From assembly GCF_018350175.1 (NCBI RefSeq), contig NC_058368.1:222830001-222894000 (forward strand): a stretch of DNA of 64,000 nucleotides. The letters run 5' to 3'. The translations under genes and the position numbers were made by a program. This stretch comes from Felis catus. Lineage: Eukaryota. The notes below the pieces were generated by a model. That model was not told the DNA's origin and searched no databases. It saw only the letters and a list, made by a program, of their open reading frames with translations. Below are positions 11,424-23,372 of the stretch, one piece after another; position 1 is the stretch's first letter; each line of letters begins with the position of its first letter.

Positions 11424-12154
11424 AGAGAGAAAATGAAAAGGATTCCTTTCTACATTTATCTAAAACAGCCCATTCTTCATCAGTGAGTTATCATTAGTTT
11501 GATAAGGTGATTGCAAGTCAAAGTTTGCCAAACCTGGTGAGTGATAGAATTTTCCCTTCTTGTATTAGCAGACAGAGTGAAAACACAAATGATTTTGTTG
11601 CTTATTCTGCAAAGCCCAGGATCCTACTTAGCATCAGGATCCTCGAAAACCCTCCAGCTTAGCCTAAGAGGCCCCAAGATCCTTATGCTGACACAGGGCT
11701 TGTTATGACAGTTTTGGAAATTATTCAACCACAGTCTTTTAGGAGAGAGAGGTGGATACAGGAGCTCAGAACTCTTAGATTGGGATTATTCACAACGATC
11801 AAGGATAGTCTCTTAGATTTTTCACAAGGGTCTGTGCATACTTTCCCTCTATCAGGTTGGTCCATAATACTCTGATCTAAGGAAATTCTCTAGTTTATAC
11901 ATGTCAGTAGTGTATAATATATAAGACCCTTTGTGTTTTCTGGATTTCTCGATTACATGCAATCCAAAAATGACATAAATAGAGTATATACTAAGTTATA
12001 TATAGTCAAGTATAACACCATTTAACATGGTCAAGTAAGCAATATAAAAATATATGCAAATTCTGTCAGTTCACTTCATAATAGTAGGGTTTCACAACAA
12101 CAACAAAAAAAAAACCCAAACTCTTAAAGCATTTAAAATTCATGCCAAGACTTT

Positions 12155-12365
12155 GGGGCACCTGGGTGGCTCAGTCAGTTAAACCTTCGACTTGATTTTG
12201 GCTCAGGTTATGATCTCGAAGTTCATGAGTTTGAGCTCTGCATGGGGCTCCACACTGACAGTGCAGAACCTGCTTGGGATTCTCTCTCTCTCCCTCCCTC
12301 TGTCTCTCTCTGTCTCCCTATCTCTCAAAATAAATACCTAAACTTTAAAAAATAAAATGAAAAAA
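12155..12365 (+). mobile_element. Can-SINE
   Basis: GGGGCACCTGGGTGGCTCAG head, CT tract, A-rich tail. Confidence 0.94.
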
Positions 12366-12382
12366 TCATTTGCTAAACATCT

Positions 12383-12416
12383 TATTTTTTTAAGTTTATT
12401 TATTCATATTTGAGAA

Positions 12417-12460
<44 letters not shown>

Positions 12461-12642
12461 CATGTGTGTATTTGTGTGTGCAAGTGGGGGAAGGAGAGAT
12501 GGAGAGGGAGAAGGAGAGAGAATCTCAGGCAGGCTCTGCACTGTCAGCACAGAGCCCCACGTTGGGCTCGAATTCACCAATCATGAGATCATGACCTGAA
12601 CTTAAGTGGGATGATCAACTGATTGAACCACTCAGGAGCCCC
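12383..12642 (-). mobile_element. Can-SINE containing an expanded (TG)n
   Basis: Ends CAGGAGCCCC at 12642; TSD TTGCTAAACAT at 12370-12380 and 12647-12657. Confidence 0.93.
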
Positions 12643-12661
12643 AGGATTGCTAAACATTTTA

Positions 12662-13109
12662 TTTATTTGTTTATTTTTTTAATATGAAATTTATTGTCAA
12701 ATTGGTTTCCATACAGCACCGAGTGCTCATCCCCACAGGTGCCCTCCTAAATGCCCATCACACACTTTCTCCTCCCTCCCACCCTCCATCAACCCTCAGT
12801 TTATTCGCAGTTTTTAAGAGTCTCTTATGGTTTGTCTCCCTCCGTCTCTACCTTTTTGGTTTTTTCCCCTTCCTGTCCCCCATGGTCTTCTGTTAAGTTT
12901 CTCAGGATCCACATAAGAGTGAAAACTGATGAATGGATAAAGAAATTGTGGTTTATATACACAATGGAATACTAGTTGGCAATGAGAAACAATGAAATAT
13001 GGCCTTTTATAACAACGTGGATGGAACTGGAGAGTGTGATGCTAAGTGAAATAAGCCATACAGAGCAAGATACCGTATGTTTTTACTCTTATGTAGATCC
13101 TGAGAAACT
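12662..13109 (-). mobile_element. 5'-truncated, 5'-inverted felid LINE-1 (twin priming)
   Basis: The 3' end is on minus at 12662-12926 and the end of ORF2 (DEWIKKLWFIYTMEY, WMELESVMLSEIS) is on plus at 12924-13109; TSD CTAAACATTTTA at 12650-12661 and 13108-13119. Confidence 0.93.
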
Positions 13110-13276
13110 AAACATTTTAAATAAAACCATTTTCTCTCCATATCATTGTTATTTACATTTTCAATTAACTTTCATTTAAATTTGAGGTCTGTATCTCATG
13201 GGCCACTCTTGCCAGATGATGATACTATCACTTACAGATTGATTTCAGTAACATAATCCTGTTGATAATGATATTA

Positions 13277-13278
<2 letters not shown>

Positions 13279-13320
<42 letters not shown>
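13279..13320. repeat. (ATT)n microsatellite
   Basis: Direct reading. Confidence 0.97.
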
Positions 13321-13321
<1 letters not shown>

Positions 13322-14164
13322 CTATTCTATTTAATCATGGAAAGTCATTACCATTTCTACATAGTAGTTAAAATTTTCATATTATTTACCCTGCTTGCAA
13401 GTGTGTTTGTTATTACAAATTATATTCTGTAATTATGTGGCTTACCAACCTGTTTTCAATAATTTGTCACTTCTCATTGTTCTCTAAAAAAAAATAGATC
13501 CAAAAGAGCATTTCAATACAATGGCAGATGTAAAATACATCCAAAAGACTACTGGAATGCAGTAACATATTAATCAAAGCATTTTATGTCCGTTGATCAG
13601 CTAGAACTATTCTCCATTCATGCAGATACTGAAGGCATCTGGAAAGCTGAGACAAAGCAACAAAAACAAAACACACAAGTGCCATATATTCCATATTTCA
13701 GTAGTTCCAGAGCATCTCTTCAGCGATTTCCAGGTGAAGCAGAGTCTGTCAGCCTTTGAAATCTCTGAAAAACATTGCTGGGAAATCTGTTTCTTTGATG
13801 TATACTCAGGATGTTTCTAAACATAAAGGTAGTTACAAATAATGGTTAAGTTTTAATCTTTAAAGTGCTTCGATGGCTGATGTTTGGATACAATTTTGCT
13901 TTGAACATTTTATCCTCTAAATGAACTCAGAAGTGCTAACTCAGAACATCCAGGGATAAAAATATCTCAGGTATAAAATATTTTTCTATCATAAAACACC
14001 ATTTAAAACCCAAGTCCACTTGAGAATATTGGTTATAATATAAGGAAGGATAGATGCAACCAAATATAGAAAAGGAAATATCATTGAATTAACCATCTCT
14101 GTGATTAACGAGGGGTTTTTACAGGGAGGCAAGTGGCAGCTTATGTCTAGAATGAGAGGTAGAA

Positions 14165-14270
14165 TAAATATACTTCTGACTTTAGATGAGATAATTCAGT
14201 TTATCTGCTGGCTCCGTGTAATTATTAATAACAGTTTTCCCGTTTGGATGGCAAATTAAATGGTCACTCT
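14165..14270 (+). mobile_element. MER94-like hAT-Blackjack MITE
   Basis: GTGTAATTATTAATA and the terminus TCCCGTTTGGATGGCAAATTAAATGGTCACTCT match the recalled MER94 end (TCCCGGTTTGGACGATAAATTATATGGTCACCCT). Confidence 0.7.
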
Positions 14271-15261
14271 CAACTAAATGGTCCACTTGTAGTGGAATGG
14301 GAAGGGAAAGAAAACTGTTTGCTAGTGTGTGGATAGTGGGAAAAAGAACAGTAGGGACTGTATTTATAATACAGCTCACAATAAGGACGTGTGCACGTGA
14401 CTGGCATGTGATTTTAAAAAGAGGGCAAAAGCAATGCTATTTGAAGTGGTTTGTTTTCATTGCTTGATCTTGATGATTATCAAGGATGTTGCTCTTACTG
14501 TCTTTCTCACTAGTTACTCCTGATCTCACCCGTTAAGCTCTGCCCCTCCCATTCACCTCCCCATACGCGAGGATGATTTCTTTTCTTGTATATTTCCTTA
14601 CTTAGTAACTCTTCCTATTGGTTATACAATATATCGTACTGATCTTCCTGTAGGGAATTACCACGATTGGCATCCTTAAAATAAAACTCTACTATGACTC
14701 CTACTCTTTACTGTGAAAGCCAGTGTCTTCCTTGACGTGGCCAGTTACCATCCAGCATTTCATACCACTATTCTCCAGTAAAAACAAAAACAAAAACCTA
14801 CTATCAACTTGCTATATATACCCCATGTCTGTTCTCTCCTATATAGTTTTGTCCCTCAAATACATTTTGAAAATGAGTGAGCATGCATAAGACTTTATTT
14901 CATCTTAGCAGAACTTAAGTTTTCAGTATCAAAATGAATAGACTTGCAAAACATTAAGATGATCATCTTCAACTGATACGTTTTGGTATCATTTTCTGTT
15001 TTATCTCTTTCTTATCCTAATACAAACTCCCATATAAATCCTTAACATCAGAAAGAGTAAGAGAAAAATTCTTTTGGCTAATTAATCAGTACAAATAATC
15101 TTCAGAATAATCATTTACTTCAGGACAAGCCACTTTTTGTTACATTTGATATTAATTAATTCTATCTTGGTTGAAGGGCAAAAGTCTCTTTCAAATTATA
15201 CAGCCCACTCTGTTATTTCTGCCTATCAGGACCACCCATGTAGTGGTGTTTTCTTTCTGGG

Positions 15262-15545
15262 CCTGCTCATTTATTCCTTTTTTTAAAATTTTCTATTAAG
15301 TGCCAGGCACTCTTCTGGGGGCTGAGCACATATCCTGGAAAAGGAAATTAGACAAAAAAGCAAACTATGATCCAGACCCTCCCTATTACTGGGATTGGGA
15401 AAACAATGAAGATGAAAATAAATTGATTATAAATTGGAAGGTGGCCAATTATATGGAAAAGATATAACAGAGAGAGGAGGATTCAGAGCACCACAGAGAC
15501 AGAAGGGATACAATTTAAATTGGTTGATTCAGTGAGCCTCTTTAG
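15262..15545 (-). mobile_element. L2 3' fragment
   Basis: CATTTATTC..GTGCCAGGCACTCTTCTGGGGGCTGAG..CAATTTAAATTGGTTGATTCAG. Confidence 0.6.
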
Positions 15546-15664
15546 AGCCTCTATTCCCACCTCCTACACGGCAACACGTTCATGTTCTTTCTAACACACC
15601 AGCTTGTGCCCTACCACGTCCCATCTCTCTCTTCTTATCCGCTGTAATTATTTGAATGGGTTTT

Positions 15665-16063
15665 GTATCAGTTTGCTCAGGTTTATATAAGAAAATATCA
15701 CAGGCTGTGTGGTTTAAACAACAGAAATTTATTTTCTCCCATTTTTGGAGGCTGGAAATCCAAAGTCAAGGTGACAGCAGGTTTGTCTTCTGAGACCTCT
15801 CTTTGGCTTGTAAATGGACACGCTCCCATTTTCTCACAAGGATTTTCTTCTATGTATGCATAACCCTACTGTCCCTTTCTGTGTCTAAATTTTCCCTTCT
15901 TATAAGGACATTATTCACATTGTTTTAGGCGCTGTCCTAATGCTCTCATTTTAACTTAATCGCTTCTTTAAAGGCCCTGTCTCCAAATATAATCAATATT
16001 TGAGGTACTGGTGGTTAGGGATTTAACATATGAATTTTGAAAGAATACAGTTTAACCCATAAC
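15665..16063 (-). mobile_element. ERVL-MaLR solo LTR (MLT1A-like)
   Basis: TG...CA ends; GTGGTTTAAACAACAGAAATTTATTTTCTC, GGAGGCTGGAAATCCAAAGTCAAGGTG, CTTCTTATAAGGACA, TGAGGTACTGG.GGTTAGG, CCCATAACA. Confidence 0.9.
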
Positions 16064-16532
16064 AGGTGTCTTTGGCATGCAGTCATAGAGAATTTATCTT
16101 GACTAATGTAGACTAATTGTCCAGAGTTCATTATTTACATGAAAATCAGTATAATCCCTCTGCCTTTTTGGGCTGAAATATTATGCTTTTTTAATCCCAT
16201 TTTGAATTTTGTTACAAAATTTTTATTTCTGTTATCTTAGAAAGTGGATGAATTTGTGCCCAGCATCAGAAATTGGGTGGAGGACTAAAACTGATATCAT
16301 CCAAACAAAAGAAAAAACAGTAAGATTAAAACAACAACAACAAAAACAAACAAACAAACAAAAAACCACAATACTTCAGCCTTTCAACTAATAGTGATTA
16401 TTGATTGAGTGAGTAAAATTAACTCACTAGTTTCTGTCTTGAAAGTTGTTTTCATGCTTTGGGTAAAGATGAGGGAGACTACCAAGATATTAGATAAAAT
16501 TAGGTGCTAAACATTGTAATTAAGAACATGAA

Positions 16533-16748
16533 GGGAAACTTAGGTGGGTCAGTGGGTTAAGCGTCCGACTTCAGCTCAGGTCATGATCTTGTAGTTTGTG
16601 GGTTCGAGCCCTGTGTGGGGCTCTGTGCTGACAGCTCAGAGCCTGGAGCCTGCTTCAGATTCTGTGTCTCCCTTTCTTTCTGCCCCTCCCCCACTCATGC
16701 TCTCTCAACAGTAAATAAATGTTAAAAAAAATATATATATATATATAT
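16533..16748 (+). mobile_element. Can-SINE with (AT)n tail
   Basis: GGTTAAGCGTCCGACTTCAGCTCAGGTCATGATC..GAGCCTGGAGCCTGCTTCAGATTC. Confidence 0.93.
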
Positions 16749-16754
16749 GGATAG

Positions 16755-17020
16755 GCATGTATTAAGGTTTTACTGTGTGCCAGATAGTGAACTAATAATA
16801 TATATGTAAATATTTTAAATCAATAACCATGAGGATTATTTTTAAATAAATGTGTTATTTATCTAAAATAGCCCACTGGGATCTATATTTTTATTCCAAT
16901 TTAAAGAAGGAAGTAGAGTTTAGGATGTTTAAGTACCTCCCCAAAGTCTTGTAACTTTAGATTCTTGAAAATGAATTTGAACCCAGATTTGCCTTACTCC
17001 AGAGCCTCAATACTTAAATG
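16755..17020 (-). mobile_element. MIR
   Basis: TACTGTGTGCCAGA..GTTTAAGTACCTCCCCAAAGTC..GAATTTGAACCCAGATTTGCCTTACTCCAGAGCCT. Confidence 0.7.
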
Positions 17021-17805
17021 TGGTGCAAAAATGAGTTTAAAGATTAATTTCTAACACAACTTCAACTCATCCTTCAACATGCTATTAAATTGACAAATAA
17101 TTTTTAAGAGATGCTACATTTTAGATCCAGCTATGCCCTTTGTGTTATTTCTTCCCTCCTTTTGCAAAGATATCCATTTTGTGCCTTTAGCCATCAATCA
17201 TTAGAAGCCATAGTCCATCTTTCACAGAAAGGAAACAATAAAACACTTGAGACACTTTATGGAATTCAGATGTTGGAACATTTTGCAATTGTGCCATCAT
17301 ATTACCTTGTTTTCTTCAGTATCCATCTAGGTGGCCAATTTTGCTTCAGTGATTGGGGTCACCACCCAGGGCTGGCAGGTCCCCCCACCTCTTTTTACTC
17401 TGTACTTTTCTCATACTGATTTTTCAATAGTCAGGGATAATTTAGTGCTGATTTTCCTTATGTGTCATTTATAAATGCCATTAATCATCCAAGTTTAACA
17501 TTTTTATTCACTAAGTTTTAACAGCTATATGCTGCTGACTCTTGTCTTTAAAATAAAATCCTAAATGCAGGCGTGAAAGTAAGTTTAACGATACATTAAA
17601 ATAATCTCTTCAAATACATATTAATGCATACAATTCATCATGTTTGAATCCAATTAAATGTTCAATGAATACCCTTATTTTTGCTGAGTATATCTTTGGT
17701 ATGTATACCTGTTATAGTACCTAATGCTAGCTGTATATAGCATTACTTGAAATAGGAGAGAAAGGTTTTATAGCTTTTGGGGATGTTCATAATACTCTGT
17801 TGTGG

Positions 17806-17995
17806 TGATAGATACATAGACTGATGATTGGTAGATCAATAGATGATAGATAGATAGATAGATAGATAGATAGTAGAGATAGGTAGATAGTTGATAGAGA
17901 GAGAGATGATAGAGATAAATAATATGTTGGTAGATAGATAGATACATAGAATATAGAAGATAGGTTGATAGATAATAGATGATAGATAGATAGAT

Positions 17996-18044
<49 letters not shown>

Positions 18045-18250
18045 TAGAGATAGGTAGATAGGTAGATAGATGATAGAGAGGGAGAGAGATAGATGATAGA
18101 GATAGATAATAAGTTGGTAGGTAGAAAAAGATGATAGAAGATAGATAATAAAGGTGGATTATAGATAGATGATGATAGATGATGATGGATGATAGATAGA
18201 TGATAAAGGTAGATGCTAGATAGAGAGATAGATAATAAACATAGATGAGG

Positions 18251-18297
<47 letters not shown>
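17806..18297. repeat. Long compound (GATA)n/(GA)n simple repeat, about 490 bp
   Basis: Direct reading; accounts for ORF 17836..18414. Confidence 0.97.
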
Positions 18298-18298
<1 letters not shown>

Positions 18299-18596
18299 CT
18301 ATAGTAGCTGCTCAGGAGAAATTGAGGTTGACATTTGTCATTATTAGAAATTGCTCCACGTAAAATTACAACAGTATGGCTCTGTAATATATTTTCTATC
18401 ACAGAATAAATCAAGCATTATTTATATTTATGAGATCTAGCAATATTAAAAAATCCATACAGGATAATATATATATTTTTTAAAAAAGCTAGGAGTATAA
18501 GAAATCTAGCCCAATTGTTACTACTATCCTATGTTTGAGAGATGATTTATATTTTACAGTTCTATAGTTTTTCTTCAAGAAATCAACACTGAGATT

Positions 18597-18702
18597 TTTT
18601 TTAAGATTTTATTTTTAAGTAATTTCTACATACAACTTGGGGCTGGAACTTATGACCCCAAGATCAAGACTGACTCTACTGACTGAGCCAAACAGGGACC
18701 CC
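18597..18702 (-). mobile_element. Short old carnivore SINE (SINEC_old type)
   Basis: AAGATTTTATTTTTAAGTAATTTCTACA..GACCCCAAGATCAAGA..GACTGAGCCA; TSD CAACA(C/T)TGA(G/A)ATTTT. Confidence 0.87.
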
Positions 18703-19754
18703 AACATTGAAATTTTCAGACAAAATTATGAGGCATGCCCCCAGAGTTAACAGCATTTAATAATAGCTAATTTAAATAGAATGTTCAAAAACTAGACTAT
18801 GGTATATAACTGCATATTCAGTTGCTTAAATAAACATTGTTGACACAGCCCTGTTGAGTATTCAGAGTCTTGTTGGGAAAGTTCTTCATAGGTTAATATT
18901 TCTAGAAAATATAAGGAAATTAAGCTGGGAAAAACTTTCTCTTGTTTTTATGTGTTTTATAAGGTTATCTCAACCCCTTATGTATTGAATTTAGACTAGG
19001 ACAGCCTCAGGCTAAATAAGACAGTCAGGTACAGAGGGCAGAGTGGTATCCATTTGGAGATCTCTCTTGTGCCGAGATATAACTCTCCATGATTGTTGTA
19101 GGATTTCAGTTCAGTTCAACTGCAGTGAAGATCTTCACATCAGACTCTATAGCATATGGGTTGGGGTGTCAATTATGTCAGAAAGTTTTTACAATTACAC
19201 ACTTGGATTTAACTCCCAGTATTTTTATGGCTTTGCAAACATTAATTGGACATTGTACACAATTACTTTCTTGTCTATAAAAGTGACATAAGGATGCAAA
19301 ACTGATGAAATTGCTGTAAAAAGTGAAAGAATGTATGGTAAATAGCATAATGTCTACCTAAGTTAGTGCTTGCACCTTACAAGGCTACTCAAGCCTCCTC
19401 TCTAGAGGCTGTGCCTGTCTTCAAACAAAGGGCAACTATTTGTTAATGAAGTTAATTGATGAGTGCATTCATTTTCTGCAAGAGTATGAAAAATTTCTGA
19501 TCTCAGACACATTTATCACATTCACTGTTTTAAGGTTTAAAGAATAAGAAGTATATATATACAGAGGTTTTTAAACAGAACATTGAAGACACCTCAGTTG
19601 AAAGGAAAAAAGTAAGAAAGGAAATCATAAAAACCTTAATGTAATAACAAAAGAAAGAAGAAAGGGAAGAGATGGGAGGGAGAAAGAGAAATCTTTTCAA
19701 AATAATTTTTCTGTGTGAATTTGTTTTTTTTTTAATTATTTACTATATGGTTCA

Positions 19755-19860
19755 TTAGATTAGGTGGTAAGTTCTTGTCTGTTTTATTCATGATTTTATA
19801 TTTAAAACCTACCACATTACTGAATCACAATGGACATTTAGATAATATTGTCAAATGAAA
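19755..19860 (+). mobile_element. L2 3' end
   Basis: TTCTTGTCTGTTTTATTCATGA..ATAATATTGTCAAATGAA. Confidence 0.5.
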
Positions 19861-20066
19861 TTTTTAAAAATATGAATTTTACAAGGCATTTGGTAATGCA
19901 ATTATTAATGTTCATGTTGATACCTATTTTCATATTGCACTAAAGCCAACATAGCATCCTCTCTTCTCTCCACAAGTTGAGTACCTTCCAGCTCACTGTA
20001 GAATACTTTCTCATGGGGTATGTCTCCACTGAAATCTTAAAATATCTAGACTGGGTCGAAAGCAAC

Positions 20067-20162
20067 CAAGCAAGCAAGGAAGAAGGAAAGGAGGAAGGAA
20101 GGAAGGAAGGAAGGAAGGAAGGAAGGAAGGAAGGAAGGAAGGAAGGAAGGAAGGAAGGAAAG

Positions 20163-20225
<63 letters not shown>

Positions 20226-20227
20226 AA
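20067..20227. repeat. Compound (CAAG)n(GGAA)n(GAAA)n tetranucleotide repeat
   Basis: About 17 GGAA units at 20093-20160 followed by about 16 GAAA units. Confidence 0.98.
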
Positions 20228-20848
20228 CCTTTAAGAATAATTATCTGAATTTATATCTAGTAGGGAGAAAATTATGGTCTATGGACCAAATAGCTAACAA
20301 ACAAATTCTTTGTGTCAGGAAACTGACATGAAGGACACAGTCTCTAGTGGAGGCCAAGGTGATTCTGTTTATAAAAAATGTTCATGTATATACATAGATC
20401 AAAGCATGAGAAGCCCTTTGATAAATTATTGCTATTTTTTTGTGGTCTCTAATGCATTGTGAACAATTTTTTATTTCATTTTCTAAGTAATTCAGACTTG
20501 GAGGGTAATGGCAGTGTGGGAATCCTTTAGCTTACTGTGATCAGTTCAGTTTTATTGCATGTCTCATACCAACCCTGCTTGCTAAACAACACAAGGTTAA
20601 TCCTGACAGTCCCCAGGAGATAAATGAGTGCAGGTCTGACAATAAGCATGATTGTCCCCAGTGCATGGGTTCAGGAGCTGCAAAAGGGAAAGGTTAAATA
20701 AGGTTCATAAAGCAGACATAAAGAGAGTTGGAGTGGGTTATAAAGCCAGACTAACCAAGTCAAATGAAATTCATGAAAGCTAAGATAGAGGATCAGGATA
20801 TGAATCATTCTACCTAATTGATGATACTGCAAAGTACAACCTTGGCCT

Positions 20849-20956
20849 ACACTGTCCAATATGGTGGCCATAGGTCTCAAACAGCAACTTCAATCAACAT
20901 TGATTTCATTAAGCAAAATTAAAAACGAAGTTCCTCAGTCACATTGTAAGTATTTC
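20849..20956. mobile_element. hAT-Charlie (MER3/MER33-like) terminal fragment
   Basis: CACTGTCCAATATGGTGGCCA..AAAATTAAAAACGAAGTTCCTCAGTCACA. Confidence 0.65.
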
Positions 20957-20969
20957 TTATAAGATATTC

Positions 20970-21031
20970 TTTTTTAAATGTTTATTTATTTTGAGAGAGA
21001 AAGAAAGAGAGCATGCGCGAGCAGGGGAGGG

Positions 21032-21095
<64 letters not shown>

Positions 21096-21228
21096 CCTAA
21101 GCAAGCTCTATGCTGTTGGTGTAGAGCCAGACATCAGACTCACGAGATCACCATCACCATCACGAGATCATGACTTGTGCTGAAAACAAGAGTAAGACGC
21201 TTAGCCGACTGAGCCACCCAAGCACCTC
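20970..21228 (-). mobile_element. Can-SINE with long (GA)n
   Basis: AATGTTTATTTATTTTGAGAG..CGACTGAGCCACCCAAGCACC; flanking repeat ACA(T/C)TGTAAG(T/C)ATTT. Confidence 0.92.
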
Positions 21229-22439
21229 TCTCCTGACACTGTAAGCATTTGATGCTAATGCCAAGAAAAGCAATTCCAAATTATAGTGAGTCTAAAAAAT
21301 TCACCTCAAGACCAGCGCTACTTACTAAATTCGCCCTATTTTAGGATATTTAACAAAATAACACAATCTGTACAATTAATTTGATTCTTATATCAGATTA
21401 ACACATTCTCATCAGTTTTGCTTTGAATCGATTTTTATACTAATTGTCATGGCTATTACTATGATTATTACTGTTATTTCTTAAGGAGTATTCCCAAGTT
21501 AATTTTTCATATAGTCCCTTCTTTCCCTAGAGTTTTGTTCAGTTTATCATCTGCATTGATGATTCTTGGTTCTGAAAATCCTGGCTTGTACCAAATTGGT
21601 CTAAAGAATGTTCTAAAAGAGCTAGAAAACTCAGGAGTATCTTCAGTGATTGCTCTGTAAAATAAGGGAGAAATTTTAACCATTGTGGTTCTTGGTGAAA
21701 TACAGGGAATTTAGACTGAAGTCAAACCTAGGGTGTCCTCAGATCTTTGCAGAACTCTCACTGAGGATATCTAATTACCTCAGATAGTGAGAGATCCCAA
21801 TCAATAACTTTCAGTCTCGCTGAATTCTGTAAAAGATATTTACCCAATAGGTATTTCCCTCCTTCCAAAGCCACCTCTGATTCATCTCATTCAGCATTGA
21901 CTTGGCTTTGTCTCTTCTGTAGATGTCTGAAGAAGTGAGCCTGAGTTGAGGCAGTCTGGGTGTGGCAATGGAGGCAGAGATTACTAAGTCATACAGATCT
22001 TGCTTTTAATGTAAAATATTCAAAAGTAGGATTCAAATTTTTCCTTCGGTGATAGAGTGACTGCTGAGATCCAAATACAAGCCGTTCTGATGATTCTATC
22101 ACCAAAGCTTCAAACTTACCCTCATTCTAGCCTCTTCACCCATTGCTCTTCTCTTACCCTAGAAGAGATTTCCTTCTGTCAAATGCTTTGTGTGAGCTGG
22201 TTGTTGGAACCCCATCACCGTTCTAGATTTCAAAAGCTCCACACCATTAGGAATCTTCTGTTTTCTGCATTCTCTCCCACTCCACCGAATCTTTTATTAG
22301 CACGTGAGCATGCTCATTGTCTTCTATCTTATAACATCCAGGATATACGTTTGACATTCTCTAGTTATTCTTATTTTTTTGTTCCCCATCACAGGCTCAT
22401 TTCTAGAAAGAAATGTTAGTAGAGTGTCCCTTTTGCTCT

Positions 22440-23160
22440 TGAATTGCAGTTATAAATTGTGCCACTCCATCCAGGCTTCTTCATCCACCATGCATCAAAA
22501 CATGCTTTTGTAATTTTCCATTTTGCCAAATTGAAAGATTGCCTCCCATTGCTACATTCTTTTTTTGAGACTAGCAAATAGGTATCTCGACCTTACCATT
22601 TATCTGATGTTCACACTCACTTAAAAGCTGTTTAATTGACTTCTCTACTTGGAGAGATGTTTCAGAATGCCAACTTTCTGCAAAACAGAACTATCGATCC
22701 ACAATCTACCTTTATCTGCTAACTTATAAATTGCTCTACCCACCACACAGTTGTTCCTGTAAGATCTCTGTCATTATTATTGATTCTGTTTTCTTCACCA
22801 TGTCCCCAACTCATTCAACCACCTCTACATCTTTCAGAAAGTTCCCTTCCCCTGTTTATTCCCCAGAGCACAAACTCCTCCCCTCACTACTCCTCCCACC
22901 TTCTTCTATACCTGGAGGATCTGTTGTGGACTAATTACATGCTCTTCTGATATGTAACACCCACTACTCTCATCAAACTCCCAAAACATTTTCCACAAAG
23001 TGGGAAGAGTGATCTTCTGAAAATATGCATTTGAGTATATCATCCGCTTATGTCTGTCGTAACAATGATTTACATGATCTTCATGTGTGTCTTTTCAACA
23101 TTTTATACTCAACACTTACTATGGCATCTAGTACAAATAGATAATTTATGAGCAACTGAA
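22440..23160 (+). mobile_element. Degraded L2 fragments
   Basis: Pyrimidine-rich L2-like pieces such as AGAGTGATCTTCTGAAAATATGCATTTGA and ATGGCATCTAGTACA. Confidence 0.4.
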
Positions 23161-23224
23161 TTAATAATCTCAATTATTCTACCATCAACATAAAAAGTAA
23201 GACTATGTGTGATGGTTCTACAAT

Positions 23225-23372
23225 GCTAGATATAAATTCCAGCTCTTGTGCCTACTGATTGGCTCAATTTCCTGGGCTTCAGTTTCCTAATCTCTAAAGA
23301 AATACTAGTAACTATGGCAAAGGTTTATAAAGTAATGAAATAGACACAAATCCATTAGAAGCATGCTTATTA
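23225..23372 (+). mobile_element. MIR
   Basis: AAATTCCAGCTCT..TTTCCTGGGCTTCAGTTTCCTAATCTCTAAA. Confidence 0.6.

Noticed and set aside
21900..21990. Acceptor-like TTTGTCTCTTCTGTAG followed by ATG
   Set aside because: Stops occur in all three frames within 30 nt.
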